In this document: piece after piece, positions 28,635 through 37,418 of the stretch
Layout: each line of letters begins with the position of its first letter
Numbering within the stretch: position 1 is the first letter of the stretch
NCBI RefSeq assembly: GCF_041600255.1
Contig: NZ_JBFIKK010000001.1
Coordinates: 564 to 64,563 of the forward strand
Length of the DNA: 64,000 nucleotides
Direction of reading: 5' to 3'
Source: Nocardioides sp.
GTDB lineage: Bacteria; Actinomycetota; Actinomycetes; Propionibacteriales; Nocardioidaceae
Notes under the pieces: model-generated
Database searches by the model: none
What the model saw: the letters and a program-made list of their open reading frames with translations, nothing else
What the model was told of the DNA's origin: nothing
Made by a program: the position numbers and the translations under genes

Positions 28635-29795
28635 ATGTCCGATCCAGGCTCGAAGGGTGACTTCGCCACTCCGTCGGGCGACGCCGCGCAGTCCGACGAA
28701 ACGGCCGGCACCGCGTTCTCGACGCCGCCCGACTCGTCCAGCGCCGCCGAGCAGGCGGCCTTCACGCTCGACGCCCAGTCGATGGGCGGGGTGAGCACCC
28801 AGCTCCTCGACACGCACGCCGCCCTCGAGGACGCCCTGCACCGTCAGGAACGCTCGACGAAGGGCGCCCACAGCATCGAGTCGCTCAGCGACCTCGGCGG
28901 CATGGCCAACGTCCAAGGTGTGGCCATCGGGCTCGGTTCGCCCGGCGACGGCCCTCCCGGCGAGCCGACGCTGAACGTCTACGTCGCCGAGCGGACCTCG
29001 GTCGAGCGGGTGCGCGAGGTGGTGGTCGACGGCCTCGGCGTCCAGTCCGCGGGCGACATCAAGATGACGGTCCGGCGCTCCGGCCAGTTCGACGCCCAGC
29101 CGCACCGGTTCCGGATCCGACCGGCTCCCGGCGGAGTCTCTGTCGGGCACGTCAAGGTGACCGCGGGGACGCTCGGCTGCCTCAGCATCGGACGCAGCTC
29201 GCCGCGCAACTCGCGACTGTTGATGCTGTCCAACAACCACGTCCTGGCGAACTCCAACAACGCCGTGTACGGCGACAGCATCATCCAGCCCGGTCGCTAC
29301 GACGGTGGTTCGCACCCCGGCGACCAGGTGGCGATCCTGGAGCGATTCGTGCCCATCCAGTTCGGCGGCGGCACCAACTACGTGGACGCCGCCACCGGGT
29401 GGTGCTGGCCCGACCGGGTACGCCGCGAGCTGATCTACCCCTACGGCAGCGGGTTCGCGTTGTACCGGATCGGCAGTAACCCGGTCTACCCGCAGCTCGG
29501 CTGGCTGGTCGGGAAGTCGGGTCGGACCACCCAGCTGACCCAGGGCCGCATCGTGTCGGTGAACTGGTCCGGTTGGGTCAACTACGGGGTCGGGTACGGC
29601 TGGTTCGTCGGCCAGATGGTCGTGCAGGGCGGCAGCGGCGACTTCTCGGCAGGCGGTGACTCGGGTTCGGTGATCTGGAAGTGGGAGTCCGGGCTGCCTC
29701 CCACGGGCTTGCTCTTTGCCGGCGGTGGTGGCTACACGATCGCCAGCCCGATGCCGTGGGTGACCTATCTGCTCGACATCAACCTCTACACCTGA
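28635..29795 (+). CDS. Cytoplasmic trypsin-fold (S1, NAL1-like) serine protease with N-terminal regulatory domain
   Basis: GGVSVGH..TAGTLGC, LSNNHVL (His), YVDAA (Asp), GGDSGS (Ser), GKSGRTT, GLLFAG; no signal peptide; AAGGGAG RBS. Confidence 0.88.
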   Translation: MSDPGSKGDFATPSGDAAQSDETAGTAFSTPPDSSSAAEQAAFTLDAQSMGGVSTQLLDTHAALEDALHRQERSTKGAHSIESLSDLGGMANVQGVAIGLGSPGDGPPGEPTLNVYVAERTSVERVREVVVDGLGVQSAGDIKMTVRRSGQFDAQPHRFRIRPAPGGVSVGHVKVTAGTLGCLSIGRSSPRNSRLLMLSNNHVLANSNNAVYGDSIIQPGRYDGGSHPGDQVAILERFVPIQFGGGTNYVDAATGWCWPDRVRRELIYPYGSGFALYRIGSNPVYPQLGWLVGKSGRTTQLTQGRIVSVNWSGWVNYGVGYGWFVGQMVVQGGSGDFSAGGDSGSVIWKWESGLPPTGLLFAGGGGYTIASPMPWVTYLLDINLYT

Positions 29796-29904
29796 GGCGG
29801 TGCGCACCGTGCTCGTCCGGGCGGCAACCCAGGCTTGGTCCGCCCGGTCGGCGCTAGCATCGAACCGGGCTTGCTTGTCCACGGCCGCAGGGAGGTGATG
29901 GTCC

Positions 29905-30237
29905 GTGACGGACTTCGAGGATCCGCTCCAGGGTGGCGAGGACGCTGCCCTTCCGCACCGCCCACCGCCGTCTGGTGCCGCGTCCGCCGAGGATGAGCTC
30001 CTCGAGCGTCACCGGGCGGACCTGCTCACCGTGCCCGGCGTGACGGCCGTATGGTCCGGGCTGACCTCGACGGGGGCGGTTGCCGTCTTCGTCGGCGTCA
30101 CGGATCCGTCGGCACGCGACCGGCTGCCCCGCTCGCTGGAGGGCCTGCCGGTGGAGGTGGTCGACGTGCCCGGCGGGTTCGTCGCCCTGGCCGACGGTGA
30201 CCGGCCCGCCGAGCCACCCCCGTCGGAGTGTCAATAG
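29905..30237 (+). CDS. Small protein resembling a stand-alone NAL1-type protease N-terminal domain
   Basis: LLTVPGVTAVWSG...AVFVGV...LPRSLEGLPVEVVDVPGGFVAL; GGGAGG RBS. Confidence 0.7.
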   Translation: MTDFEDPLQGGEDAALPHRPPPSGAASAEDELLERHRADLLTVPGVTAVWSGLTSTGAVAVFVGVTDPSARDRLPRSLEGLPVEVVDVPGGFVALADGDRPAEPPPSECQ

Positions 30238-30349
30238 CGTGGATGCGCCATGGACGGAGGCGCCCCCGTTCGTCAGGATGAGGTGCAGCGCCGTCCAATG
30301 CTCGTGACTCGGATGCGGGCCGGAGGCGGCGCGGACGGGGGCAGTCCCG

Positions 30350-31168
30350 ATGGTCTCGCCCGGGGGCGCAGACACGTCGATCTCCGTGCTCGGCGGGTTC
30401 GACGTGCTCTCAAGGGGAGAGCGGCTGAACCTACCGGAGGCCGTGCAGCGCATGCTGGGCTTCCTGGCCGTGACCGGGAAGCGGCAGTGCCGCAGCACGG
30501 TGGCGGGCCGGTTGTGGCCGCTCATCGGTGAGGCGCGCGCGCAGGGCAACCTGCGCACCGCGCTCTGGCAGCTCCGGCGGACCGATCTCGACGTGGTCCG
30601 CGCCGTCCGGGACCAGCTCTGGCTCAGCGAGGACGTGGCGCTGGACTTCCGCGCGATGACCGAGCAGGCCTGGGGCGTGCTGAGTGGGGACCTCAGCGCG
30701 ACCGACGTTCTCGGCCTCTCGCTGCCGCTGTTCCAGGCGGATCTGCTGCCGGACTGGGACGAGGACTGGCTGCTGATCGAACGCGAACGACACCGCCAGC
30801 TGCGCCTGCACGCGCTGGAGGCCGTCAGCCACCGCCTGGTTGAGCTCGGACGACACGCCCTGGCAGCCGAGGCGGCGTACGCCGCGATCACGGTCGAGCC
30901 GCTGTGCGAGTCGGCCCACCGGACGCTGGCGCAGGTGTTCCTGGCCGAGGGCAATCCGACCGAGGCGCTGCGGCAGTTCGAGCTCTACCGCGCACTGTTG
31001 GACGACGAGACCGGGTACGGCCCGACCGACGCGTTCGTCGCGTTGATCACTGCGCCCAGGCGGCCCCGCGGGACCGAGGTCAGGCTGATGAGCTCCGGCC
31101 GCTGGCGGCCGCGGGACGCCGGCGGGCCGACCGGGGGTCGCCAGGTGACGAAGCCCGGCGGGCCGTGA
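30350..31168 (+). CDS. Small SARP/AfsR-family activator (wHTH + BTAD)
   Basis: ISVLGGF, AGRLWP...GNLRTALWQLRR, DLLPDWDEDWLLIERER, EPLCESAHRTL, GNPTEALRQF. Confidence 0.92.
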   Translation: MVSPGGADTSISVLGGFDVLSRGERLNLPEAVQRMLGFLAVTGKRQCRSTVAGRLWPLIGEARAQGNLRTALWQLRRTDLDVVRAVRDQLWLSEDVALDFRAMTEQAWGVLSGDLSATDVLGLSLPLFQADLLPDWDEDWLLIERERHRQLRLHALEAVSHRLVELGRHALAAEAAYAAITVEPLCESAHRTLAQVFLAEGNPTEALRQFELYRALLDDETGYGPTDAFVALITAPRRPRGTEVRLMSSGRWRPRDAGGPTGGRQVTKPGGP

Positions 31169-31271
31169 GCGCGCGGCGGCCGTTCTCCACAGATTGAACC
31201 CCGCCCTTGTCGGGTAGGGCCATGCCAGCACTACGGTGCTGACAGGAACCTCACTCGGGACAGGGACCGTC

Positions 31272-32525
31272 ATGGCCATCACGCATGCCGAGGCGCACGT
31301 CGCCTTGGTCGAGCAGCTCGACCACCACGTCCGCCTGCGGGTGCGCACCGAGGGTGTCGACCCCCAGCGGGACGCCGTCCTCGTCCGCCGGATCGCCGAG
31401 ACCGTGGTCCGCGACCACGACGAGCGCAGCCTGACCGGCGCCGTGGCGCCCGTCCGCGACGTCGACGCGGTCGTAGGGGAGCTCGTCGCCCGGGTCTCCG
31501 GCTTCGGGCCGCTGCAGCAGTTCCTCGACGATCCGGAGGTCGAGGAGGTCTGGATCAACGATCCGAGCCGGGTCTTCATCGCTCGCAACGGCCGGCACGA
31601 GCTCACCCATCTGATGCTGAGTGCCGCCCAGGTGCACGAGCTGGTGGAGCGGATGCTGAAGTCCAGCGGACGTCGGATCGACATCAGCCAGCCGTTCGTC
31701 GACGCGATGCTGCCCGAGGGCCACCGCCTGCACGTCGTGCTCGAAGGCATCAGCCGGGGGTTCTCGGCCGTCAACATCCGCAAGTTCGTGCTGCGCGCAG
31801 CCCGGCTCCAGGACCTGGTCGAGCTGGGCAGCCTCACCCCGCGAGCCGCCGCTTTCCTGGAGGCCTCGGTCCGGGCCGGCCTGAACATCCTGGTGGCGGG
31901 CGGTACCCAGGCAGGCAAGACCACCCTGCTGAACTGCTTGGCCGCCGCCATCCCGGGCGGCGAACGGGTGGTGTCCGCAGAGGAGGTCTTCGAGCTCCGC
32001 TTCCCGCACCCGGACTGGGTGCCGTTGCAGACCCGTCAGTCCGGGCTCGAGGGCACCGGCGAGATCAGGTTGCGGGACCTGGTCAAGGAGAGCCTCCGCA
32101 TGCGCCCGAGCCGGATCATTGTCGGCGAGGTCAGGGCCGAGGAGTGCCTGGACCTGCTGCTGGCCCTGAACTCCGGGCTTCCCGGCATGTGCACGCTGCA
32201 CGCCAACAGCGCCCGCGAGGCCTTGGTGAAGATGTGCACCCTGCCGTTGCTGGCCGGGGAGAACATCTCGGCGAAGTTCGTCGTTCCGACGGTGGCCGCC
32301 TCCGTCGACCTCGTCGTCCACCTCGGCGTCGACCACCACGGCATCCGCCGGGTCAACGAGATCGTGGGCGTCTCCGGACGGGTGGAGAACGACGTCATCG
32401 AGACCTCCCCGATCTTCGTCCGTGGGGGTGGGGAGCTTCGCCGTGGCGGTGGATTCCCACCTCGGCCCGAGCTCTACGAGCGCACCGGCACCGACGTCCT
32501 CCGGCTGCTGAACGAGTCGTCCTGA
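31272..32525 (+). CDS. tadA: Tad pilus assembly ATPase CpaF/TadA
   Basis: FGPLQQFLDDPEVEEVWIN, AGGTQAGKTT, LRMRPSRIIVGEVR, TLHANS. Start uncertain (31236-31272). Confidence 0.95.
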   Translation: MAITHAEAHVALVEQLDHHVRLRVRTEGVDPQRDAVLVRRIAETVVRDHDERSLTGAVAPVRDVDAVVGELVARVSGFGPLQQFLDDPEVEEVWINDPSRVFIARNGRHELTHLMLSAAQVHELVERMLKSSGRRIDISQPFVDAMLPEGHRLHVVLEGISRGFSAVNIRKFVLRAARLQDLVELGSLTPRAAAFLEASVRAGLNILVAGGTQAGKTTLLNCLAAAIPGGERVVSAEEVFELRFPHPDWVPLQTRQSGLEGTGEIRLRDLVKESLRMRPSRIIVGEVRAEECLDLLLALNSGLPGMCTLHANSAREALVKMCTLPLLAGENISAKFVVPTVAASVDLVVHLGVDHHGIRRVNEIVGVSGRVENDVIETSPIFVRGGGELRRGGGFPPRPELYERTGTDVLRLLNESS

Positions 32526-33379
32526 TGGGGGCGCTCGTCGGACTGGGCGTGGGGGTCGGCCTGCTGCTCGTCTGGTCGGCGTTCGCGCTGCCCCGACCGC
32601 CGCACGCGCCACGCGGACGCCTCGGAGGCCTGCAACGGCGGCTGGCCCGAGCCGGGCTCGCGCACGTCCCGCCCACCGGTCTGCTGTTGACCTGTGGGCT
32701 CCTGGCCCTGGTCTGCGCCGTCCTGGTCCAGGCGGTGTCGGGAACGGCGACCGTGTCGCTGGCGTTCGGTGTGCTCGCGGCGTACCTGCCGCTCGCGGTG
32801 ATCGATGCGCGCGGGCGCCGACGGCAGCGCGAGTTCGCGGAGGTCTGGCCCGAGGCGGTCGACAACCTGGCCTCCGCCGTGCGCGCCGGCCTCTCGCTCC
32901 CGGAAGCAGTCGTCGGACTGGCCGCTCGTGGGCCGGCACCGTTGCGGCCCGCGTTCGAGGAGTTCGGCCTCGACTACCAGGTGTCCGGCCGGTTCTCCGA
33001 AAGCCTGGACCGGCTCAAGGAGCGACTCGCGGACCCGGTCGGTGACCGGGTGATCGAGGGTCTCCGGATCGCCCGTGAGGTCGGCGGCGGCGAGCTGGGT
33101 CACCTGCTACGGAACCTCTCCGGCTACCTCCGCGACGAGGCGCACACCCGCGGCGAGCTCGAGTCGCGGCAGTCGTGGGCGATCAACGGGGCGCGCCTCG
33201 CCGTCGCGGCGCCGTGGCTCGTGCTGCTCTTCATGTCCCTGCAGTCCGAGGTGATCCACCGGTACGCCTCCTTCGGGGGTGCCGTGGTGCTCGCCGTCGG
33301 TGGCGCAGCCTGCGTCGTCGCGTACCGGCTCATGATGCGCATCGGTCGACTGCCGGTCGAGCAGCGGATCCTGTCGTGA
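32525..33379 (+). CDS. tadB: Tad inner-membrane platform protein TadB (T2SSF)
   Basis: WPEAVDNLASAVRAGLSLPEA, TM helices, coupled to tadA. Confidence 0.9.
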   Translation: MGALVGLGVGVGLLLVWSAFALPRPPHAPRGRLGGLQRRLARAGLAHVPPTGLLLTCGLLALVCAVLVQAVSGTATVSLAFGVLAAYLPLAVIDARGRRRQREFAEVWPEAVDNLASAVRAGLSLPEAVVGLAARGPAPLRPAFEEFGLDYQVSGRFSESLDRLKERLADPVGDRVIEGLRIAREVGGGELGHLLRNLSGYLRDEAHTRGELESRQSWAINGARLAVAAPWLVLLFMSLQSEVIHRYASFGGAVVLAVGGAACVVAYRLMMRIGRLPVEQRILS

Positions 33380-34296
33380 CGCCGGCCCACTGGGGCGCCC
33401 TCGCCGGCGGTTGTCTGGCTCTGGGAGTCCTGCTGTCCGGCTCCCGGATCCATGCGCTGCGGCGGCCGCAACTGCGCCTGCGGGTCCTGCCCTACGTCCG
33501 GGACCTGCCGACCGCGACCGGATCGTCCCCGGCCGTGGTGGCAACTCGCGGCGTCGTGGGACCGGCTCTGGCCGCGGCAGCGTCGACGGTGGAGCGGCTG
33601 GTGGGCGGCTCCGCCTCGGTACGCCGCCGGCTGCAGCGGGCGGGCCTGGACCGCAGTGTGCACGAGTTCCGGATCGAGCAGGTGATCTGGGGGGTGGTGG
33701 CCTTCGGTGCCGCCGCGGCCTACGGCGTCCTGCGATCGTTGTCGGACCCCGGGGCGGTCGTCTCGTCGGCGGTGCTCAGCTGCTTGGCGTTCGTCGGCGG
33801 CGTTCTCGCCCGCGACCATCACCTCACGTCGCAGGTGAAGCAGCGCGAGCGACAGATCCTCGCCGAGTTCCCGACGTTGGCCGAGCTGCTCGCCCTGGCC
33901 GTCGCCGCGGGGGAGAGCCCGGTCGGTGCGCTCGATCGCGTCGTACGTCGCAGCGGCGGCGTGCTGTCGCAGGATCTGGCCCAGGTGCTGGCCGATGTGC
34001 GGACCGGCGACCCGGTCGGGCCGGCGTTCGACCGGATGGCCTCGGCCAGCGGCCTGCCGCTGGTCTCGCGCTTCGCCCAGGGCATCGCGGTGGCCATCGA
34101 GCGGGGCACCCCGCTGGCCGACGTCCTGCACGCCCAGGCCGCCGACGTGCGTGAGGCGGGGCGCCGCGAGCTGATCGAGGTGGCGGCCCGTCGTGAGGTC
34201 CTGATGATGGTGCCGGTCGTCTTCCTTGTCCTCCCCGTGACGGTGCTGTTCGCGCTCTGGCCCGGCGTCGTCGGCCTGCACCTGACCACCCCCTGA
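33376..34296 (+). CDS. tadC: Tad inner-membrane platform protein TadC (T2SSF)
   Basis: EFPTLAELLALAVAAGESP, ERGTPLADVL, C-terminal MVPVVFLVLP. Confidence 0.9.
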   Translation: MTPAHWGALAGGCLALGVLLSGSRIHALRRPQLRLRVLPYVRDLPTATGSSPAVVATRGVVGPALAAAASTVERLVGGSASVRRRLQRAGLDRSVHEFRIEQVIWGVVAFGAAAAYGVLRSLSDPGAVVSSAVLSCLAFVGGVLARDHHLTSQVKQRERQILAEFPTLAELLALAVAAGESPVGALDRVVRRSGGVLSQDLAQVLADVRTGDPVGPAFDRMASASGLPLVSRFAQGIAVAIERGTPLADVLHAQAADVREAGRRELIEVAARREVLMMVPVVFLVLPVTVLFALWPGVVGLHLTTP

Positions 34297-34338
34297 TCGC
34301 TCCACCGCCCTGCCCTCTCGGAAGAACGGAACCCCTCC

Positions 34339-34539
34339 ATGAGCCACTTGATGCTCCTCGCCACCCACCTGCACCTGGCCGCGACCCGACGCCTCGAGCA
34401 CCGCGACGAGCGGGGGGACGTGCCCGGATGGGTGCTGATCACCGTGATGACCGCGGGGCTGGTGATGGTGATCTGGGGCGTGGCCAAGGGCGAGCTGTCG
34501 GCGATGTTGAGCGACGCGCTCGGCTCGGTACGTCGCTGA
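34339..34539 (+). CDS. flp: Flp-type pilin
   Basis: 66 aa, class III leader ending RDERG, followed by hydrophobic DVPGWVLITVMTAGLV; located in the tad cluster. Confidence 0.8.
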   Translation: MSHLMLLATHLHLAATRRLEHRDERGDVPGWVLITVMTAGLVMVIWGVAKGELSAMLSDALGSVRR

Positions 34540-34543
34540 GCTC

Positions 34544-34927
34544 GTGGGCGCCCGTCGCGACGACCGCGGCGCCGCGGTCGTCGACTTCGTCCTCGTCCTG
34601 GTGGTGCTCGTCCCGCTGTTCCTGGCAATCCTCCAGGTCGCGCTGGTCCTGCATGTCCGCAACACGCTGGCCTCGGCGGCCGCCGAAGGGGCGCGGTACG
34701 CCGCCACCGCCGATCGCGATCCCGCCGACGGAGCGTCGCGGACCCGGGAGCAGGTCAGGGGAGCACTTCCCGGCAGGTTTGCCGACGACATCTCTGCCAG
34801 ACACGTCCTCATCGGCGGCTCTCCGGCGGTCGAGGTGACGGTGCGGGCGGTCGTGCCCGCCCTGGGGCTGGGTGGACCGTCGATCGCGCTGGACGTCTCC
34901 GGTCACGCGATCGAGGAGACACCGTGA
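34544..34927 (+). CDS. tadE: TadE-like pseudopilin
   Basis: DDRG|AAVVDFVLV, AAAEGARYAA. Confidence 0.85.
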   Translation: MGARRDDRGAAVVDFVLVLVVLVPLFLAILQVALVLHVRNTLASAAAEGARYAATADRDPADGASRTREQVRGALPGRFADDISARHVLIGGSPAVEVTVRAVVPALGLGGPSIALDVSGHAIEETP

Positions 34928-35403
34928 GGCGGCCGCGTGGGCGGGCCGCCGGGCGGGCGGCTGGGCGAGCCGACGAGTCCGGCAGCGCGGTCGTCGAGTT
35001 CATCTGGCTGGGCCTGCTGCTGCTCGTTCCCCTGCTCTGGATCGTGATCTCGGTCTTCGAGGTGCAGCGCGGGGCCTTCGCGGTCAGTGGTGCGGCCCGG
35101 GCGGCGGGGAGGGCGTACGTGCTGGCGGCCGACGACGGGCAGGGCGAGCAGCGGGCTCGCGCCGCCGCGCGGCTCGCGCTGGCGGACCAGGGGCTGGCCG
35201 AGGACTTCGACCTGCGGGTGAGCTGTACGCCGTACCCCCAGGACTGCCATGCGGGCACCTCGGTGGTGACGGTGGTGGTCGCCTCCCGGGTGAACCTGCC
35301 GCTGCTGCCCTCGGCGCTGGGTGGCTCGTCGCCGTCGTTCGCCCTCGACGCCACCCACACGCTGCCGGTCGGACGGTTCCAGGAGCGTCATGAGCAGCGC
35401 TGA
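34924..35403 (+). CDS. TadE/TadF-like pseudopilin
   Basis: DESG|SAVVEFIWL, AARAAGRA. Confidence 0.85.
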   Translation: MRRPRGRAAGRAAGRADESGSAVVEFIWLGLLLLVPLLWIVISVFEVQRGAFAVSGAARAAGRAYVLAADDGQGEQRARAAARLALADQGLAEDFDLRVSCTPYPQDCHAGTSVVTVVVASRVNLPLLPSALGGSSPSFALDATHTLPVGRFQERHEQR

Positions 35404-35854
35404 GCAACCCCGTCGACGCTGCCGCGACGAGGCCGGCCAAGTGGCCCTGCTGATCGTCGGGCTCGCCACGGTGCTGGCGATGACGGTCGCGGTCGTGGTG
35501 GACGCGTCCGCGGCGTACCTGCAGCGCCAGAGCCTGGACACGCTGGCCGACAGTGCCGCGCTGGCTGGCGCCGACCTGGCCGCCACCGGTGAGGAGACGT
35601 ACGTCGACGGGCTGGCCGCCGATCGGCTCGCGCTGGACGCGGAGCTGGCGCGAGCCGGCGTACGGGACCACCTGGCCGCCACGGGTGCCCATCGGGCCTA
35701 CCCCGGGCTGAGCTGGGTGGTGACGGTGGATGCCGCGACGTCCACCGTCACCGTGCGACTGCGCGCACCGCTGGACCTGCCGCTGACCGTCCCCGGCTCG
35801 CCGACGCGAGCGGTGGTGGCAGCGACCGGGTCCGCGGTCGTCAGCCCTTCGTAA
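35390..35854 (+). CDS. TadG-like pseudopilin
   Basis: DEAG|QVALLIVG, VVVDASAAYLQRQSLDTLADSAALAGA. Confidence 0.85.
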   Translation: MSSAEQPRRRCRDEAGQVALLIVGLATVLAMTVAVVVDASAAYLQRQSLDTLADSAALAGADLAATGEETYVDGLAADRLALDAELARAGVRDHLAATGAHRAYPGLSWVVTVDAATSTVTVRLRAPLDLPLTVPGSPTRAVVAATGSAVVSPS

Positions 35855-35972
35855 CCTTCTTCGACCAGATGCCGGCGCCGCGGCCGACGGCGTCGGTGTA
35901 GGAGTGCGACTCCTCGGTCTCGGCGTTGTAGGTGCTGCCGAAGACCTCGAAGTGCGCCCCCGCGTCCCGCGA
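35841..35972 (-). pseudogene. In-frame 43-codon segment paralogous to the C-terminus of the upstream secreted protein
   Basis: After the TGA of 35973-36593, the same frame reads SRDAGAHFEVFGSTYNAETEESHSYTDAVGRGAGIWSKKVTKG*, versus ...ESYHIYEDAIGKPGHGIGVWTKKLRVG*. Confidence 0.65.
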
Positions 35973-36593
35973 TCAGCCGACGCGCAGCTTCTTGGTCCAG
36001 ACGCCGATCCCGTGGCCCGGCTTGCCGATCGCGTCCTCGTAGATGTGGTAGCTCTCGAAGTTCTCCGGGTCCGCGGGGTCGTGGGTGGCTGCGTAGGCCA
36101 CCGAGCGGAGCTGGACCGTCTTCGGGTCCTTCAGGCAGGAGCGCGGGACCACCACGGTGAGGCGGTCGGTCTGCTTGCTGATGGTCAGGTCGAGTCCGCG
36201 GCAGCGCACGGGCCTGCCCTTCGTGCCGAGCGTGACCTCGCGAGCACCGTCCGCGGTGCGCGAGACAGTGGCGAAGTACGACGCCTTGTTCGTCCGCAGC
36301 TGCGACATCAGGTACAGGAAGTCCGAGCTCAGGTCGAGCTCGCGGTAGACGGTCGTGATCGTCACGGCCTTCTTGGAGTGCTGGACGACCTGCTTGACGA
36401 CATCGACGTCCGGCTGGGTGCCGGTGGCCTCCCACGACCCAGAGTCGGTCTCCTCGTCGTACTTCTGCTCCCAGGTGTCGCCGGCGCCGTCGCGCAGGGT
36501 CTGGGTCTGGGCGTGTGCGGAGACCGCGGGAGCGAGCAGGGCGGTGGCAGCGACGACGGCCACGAGGGCAGCGCGCAGCGAGTGGGTGTTCAT
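35973..36593 (-). CDS. Secreted protein of unknown function
   Basis: Sec signal peptide (SLRAALVAVVAATALLAPAVSAHA|Q), D..GD motif, VVVPRSCL..P..V. Confidence 0.8.
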   Translation of the reverse strand: MNTHSLRAALVAVVAATALLAPAVSAHAQTQTLRDGAGDTWEQKYDEETDSGSWEATGTQPDVDVVKQVVQHSKKAVTITTVYRELDLSSDFLYLMSQLRTNKASYFATVSRTADGAREVTLGTKGRPVRCRGLDLTISKQTDRLTVVVPRSCLKDPKTVQLRSVAYAATHDPADPENFESYHIYEDAIGKPGHGIGVWTKKLRVG

Positions 36594-36746
36594 GTGGGTG
36601 TTCCTTCGAAGGGCGCCCCGAATGGCGCGTGCCGGAGGAATCTAGACCACGGGGGTGTCGTTCACAGCGCGCGGACCGAATTGTTACGAGCGTCGTGGGT
36701 CAGCTCCAGGCGTGCAGGCCCTCGATCGCCGCGGATCGGGCGGAGA

Positions 36747-37418
36747 TCAGGCCTCGGCAGCGGTCCGGATCCAGGTGGCGCGTACGACGACGTTCGACTG
36801 GTAGCCGCCCTTCGCTGCGTCGTACGCGCCACCGCAGGTCACCAGATTGAGGCTTCGGCCGCGCTGCGCCGCGTAGACCCGGCGCGCGGGGAACTCGGCG
36901 TTCGGGTAGGTCCGCACCGACGCCACTCGGAAGTACGCCGTCCGGCCGTCCTCGAGCGGCACGACGACCCGCGCCCCGATGGCCAGCGAGCCCAGCCGGT
37001 GGAACACCGCGGGGCCGTCCGCGGAGTCGACGTGGCCCAGGATCACCGCCGACCCCGGCTCGCCCGGGTGCGTGCCCAGCCGGAACCACCCCGCCTGCGA
37101 CGGGTCGGCGGGCACCTGCACGGTCCCGTCGCGGCGCAGTCCGAGCTCACCGAGGTCGGTCACGACACCGATCGTGGGGATCTCCAGCGCCACGGGCCGC
37201 GCGGGCGGCTGGGTGGTCTCGGGCGTCACGGACGCAGGGGACGGAGCTGCTGGCGACCCGGCCAGCGAGGGCAGGTCGGCGGTGCGGGCGTCGGCGGCGG
37301 TGCGGGCGTCGTCGGCGGCGCTGGCCCACATGACGAGGAAACCCGCGCCCAGCAGGGCCAGGAGGGCAGCAAGGACCAGCCAGCCGACGCGTCCGTGCGC
37401 CGGCTGGTCGGTGGTCAT
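36747..37418 (-). CDS. Class F sortase
   Basis: N-terminal TM, GWF..GTHPGEPGSAVILGHVDS, F..L..L, LNLVTCGG (TC), YQSNVVV. Confidence 0.93.
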   Translation of the reverse strand: MTTDQPAHGRVGWLVLAALLALLGAGFLVMWASAADDARTAADARTADLPSLAGSPAAPSPASVTPETTQPPARPVALEIPTIGVVTDLGELGLRRDGTVQVPADPSQAGWFRLGTHPGEPGSAVILGHVDSADGPAVFHRLGSLAIGARVVVPLEDGRTAYFRVASVRTYPNAEFPARRVYAAQRGRSLNLVTCGGAYDAAKGGYQSNVVVRATWIRTAAEA

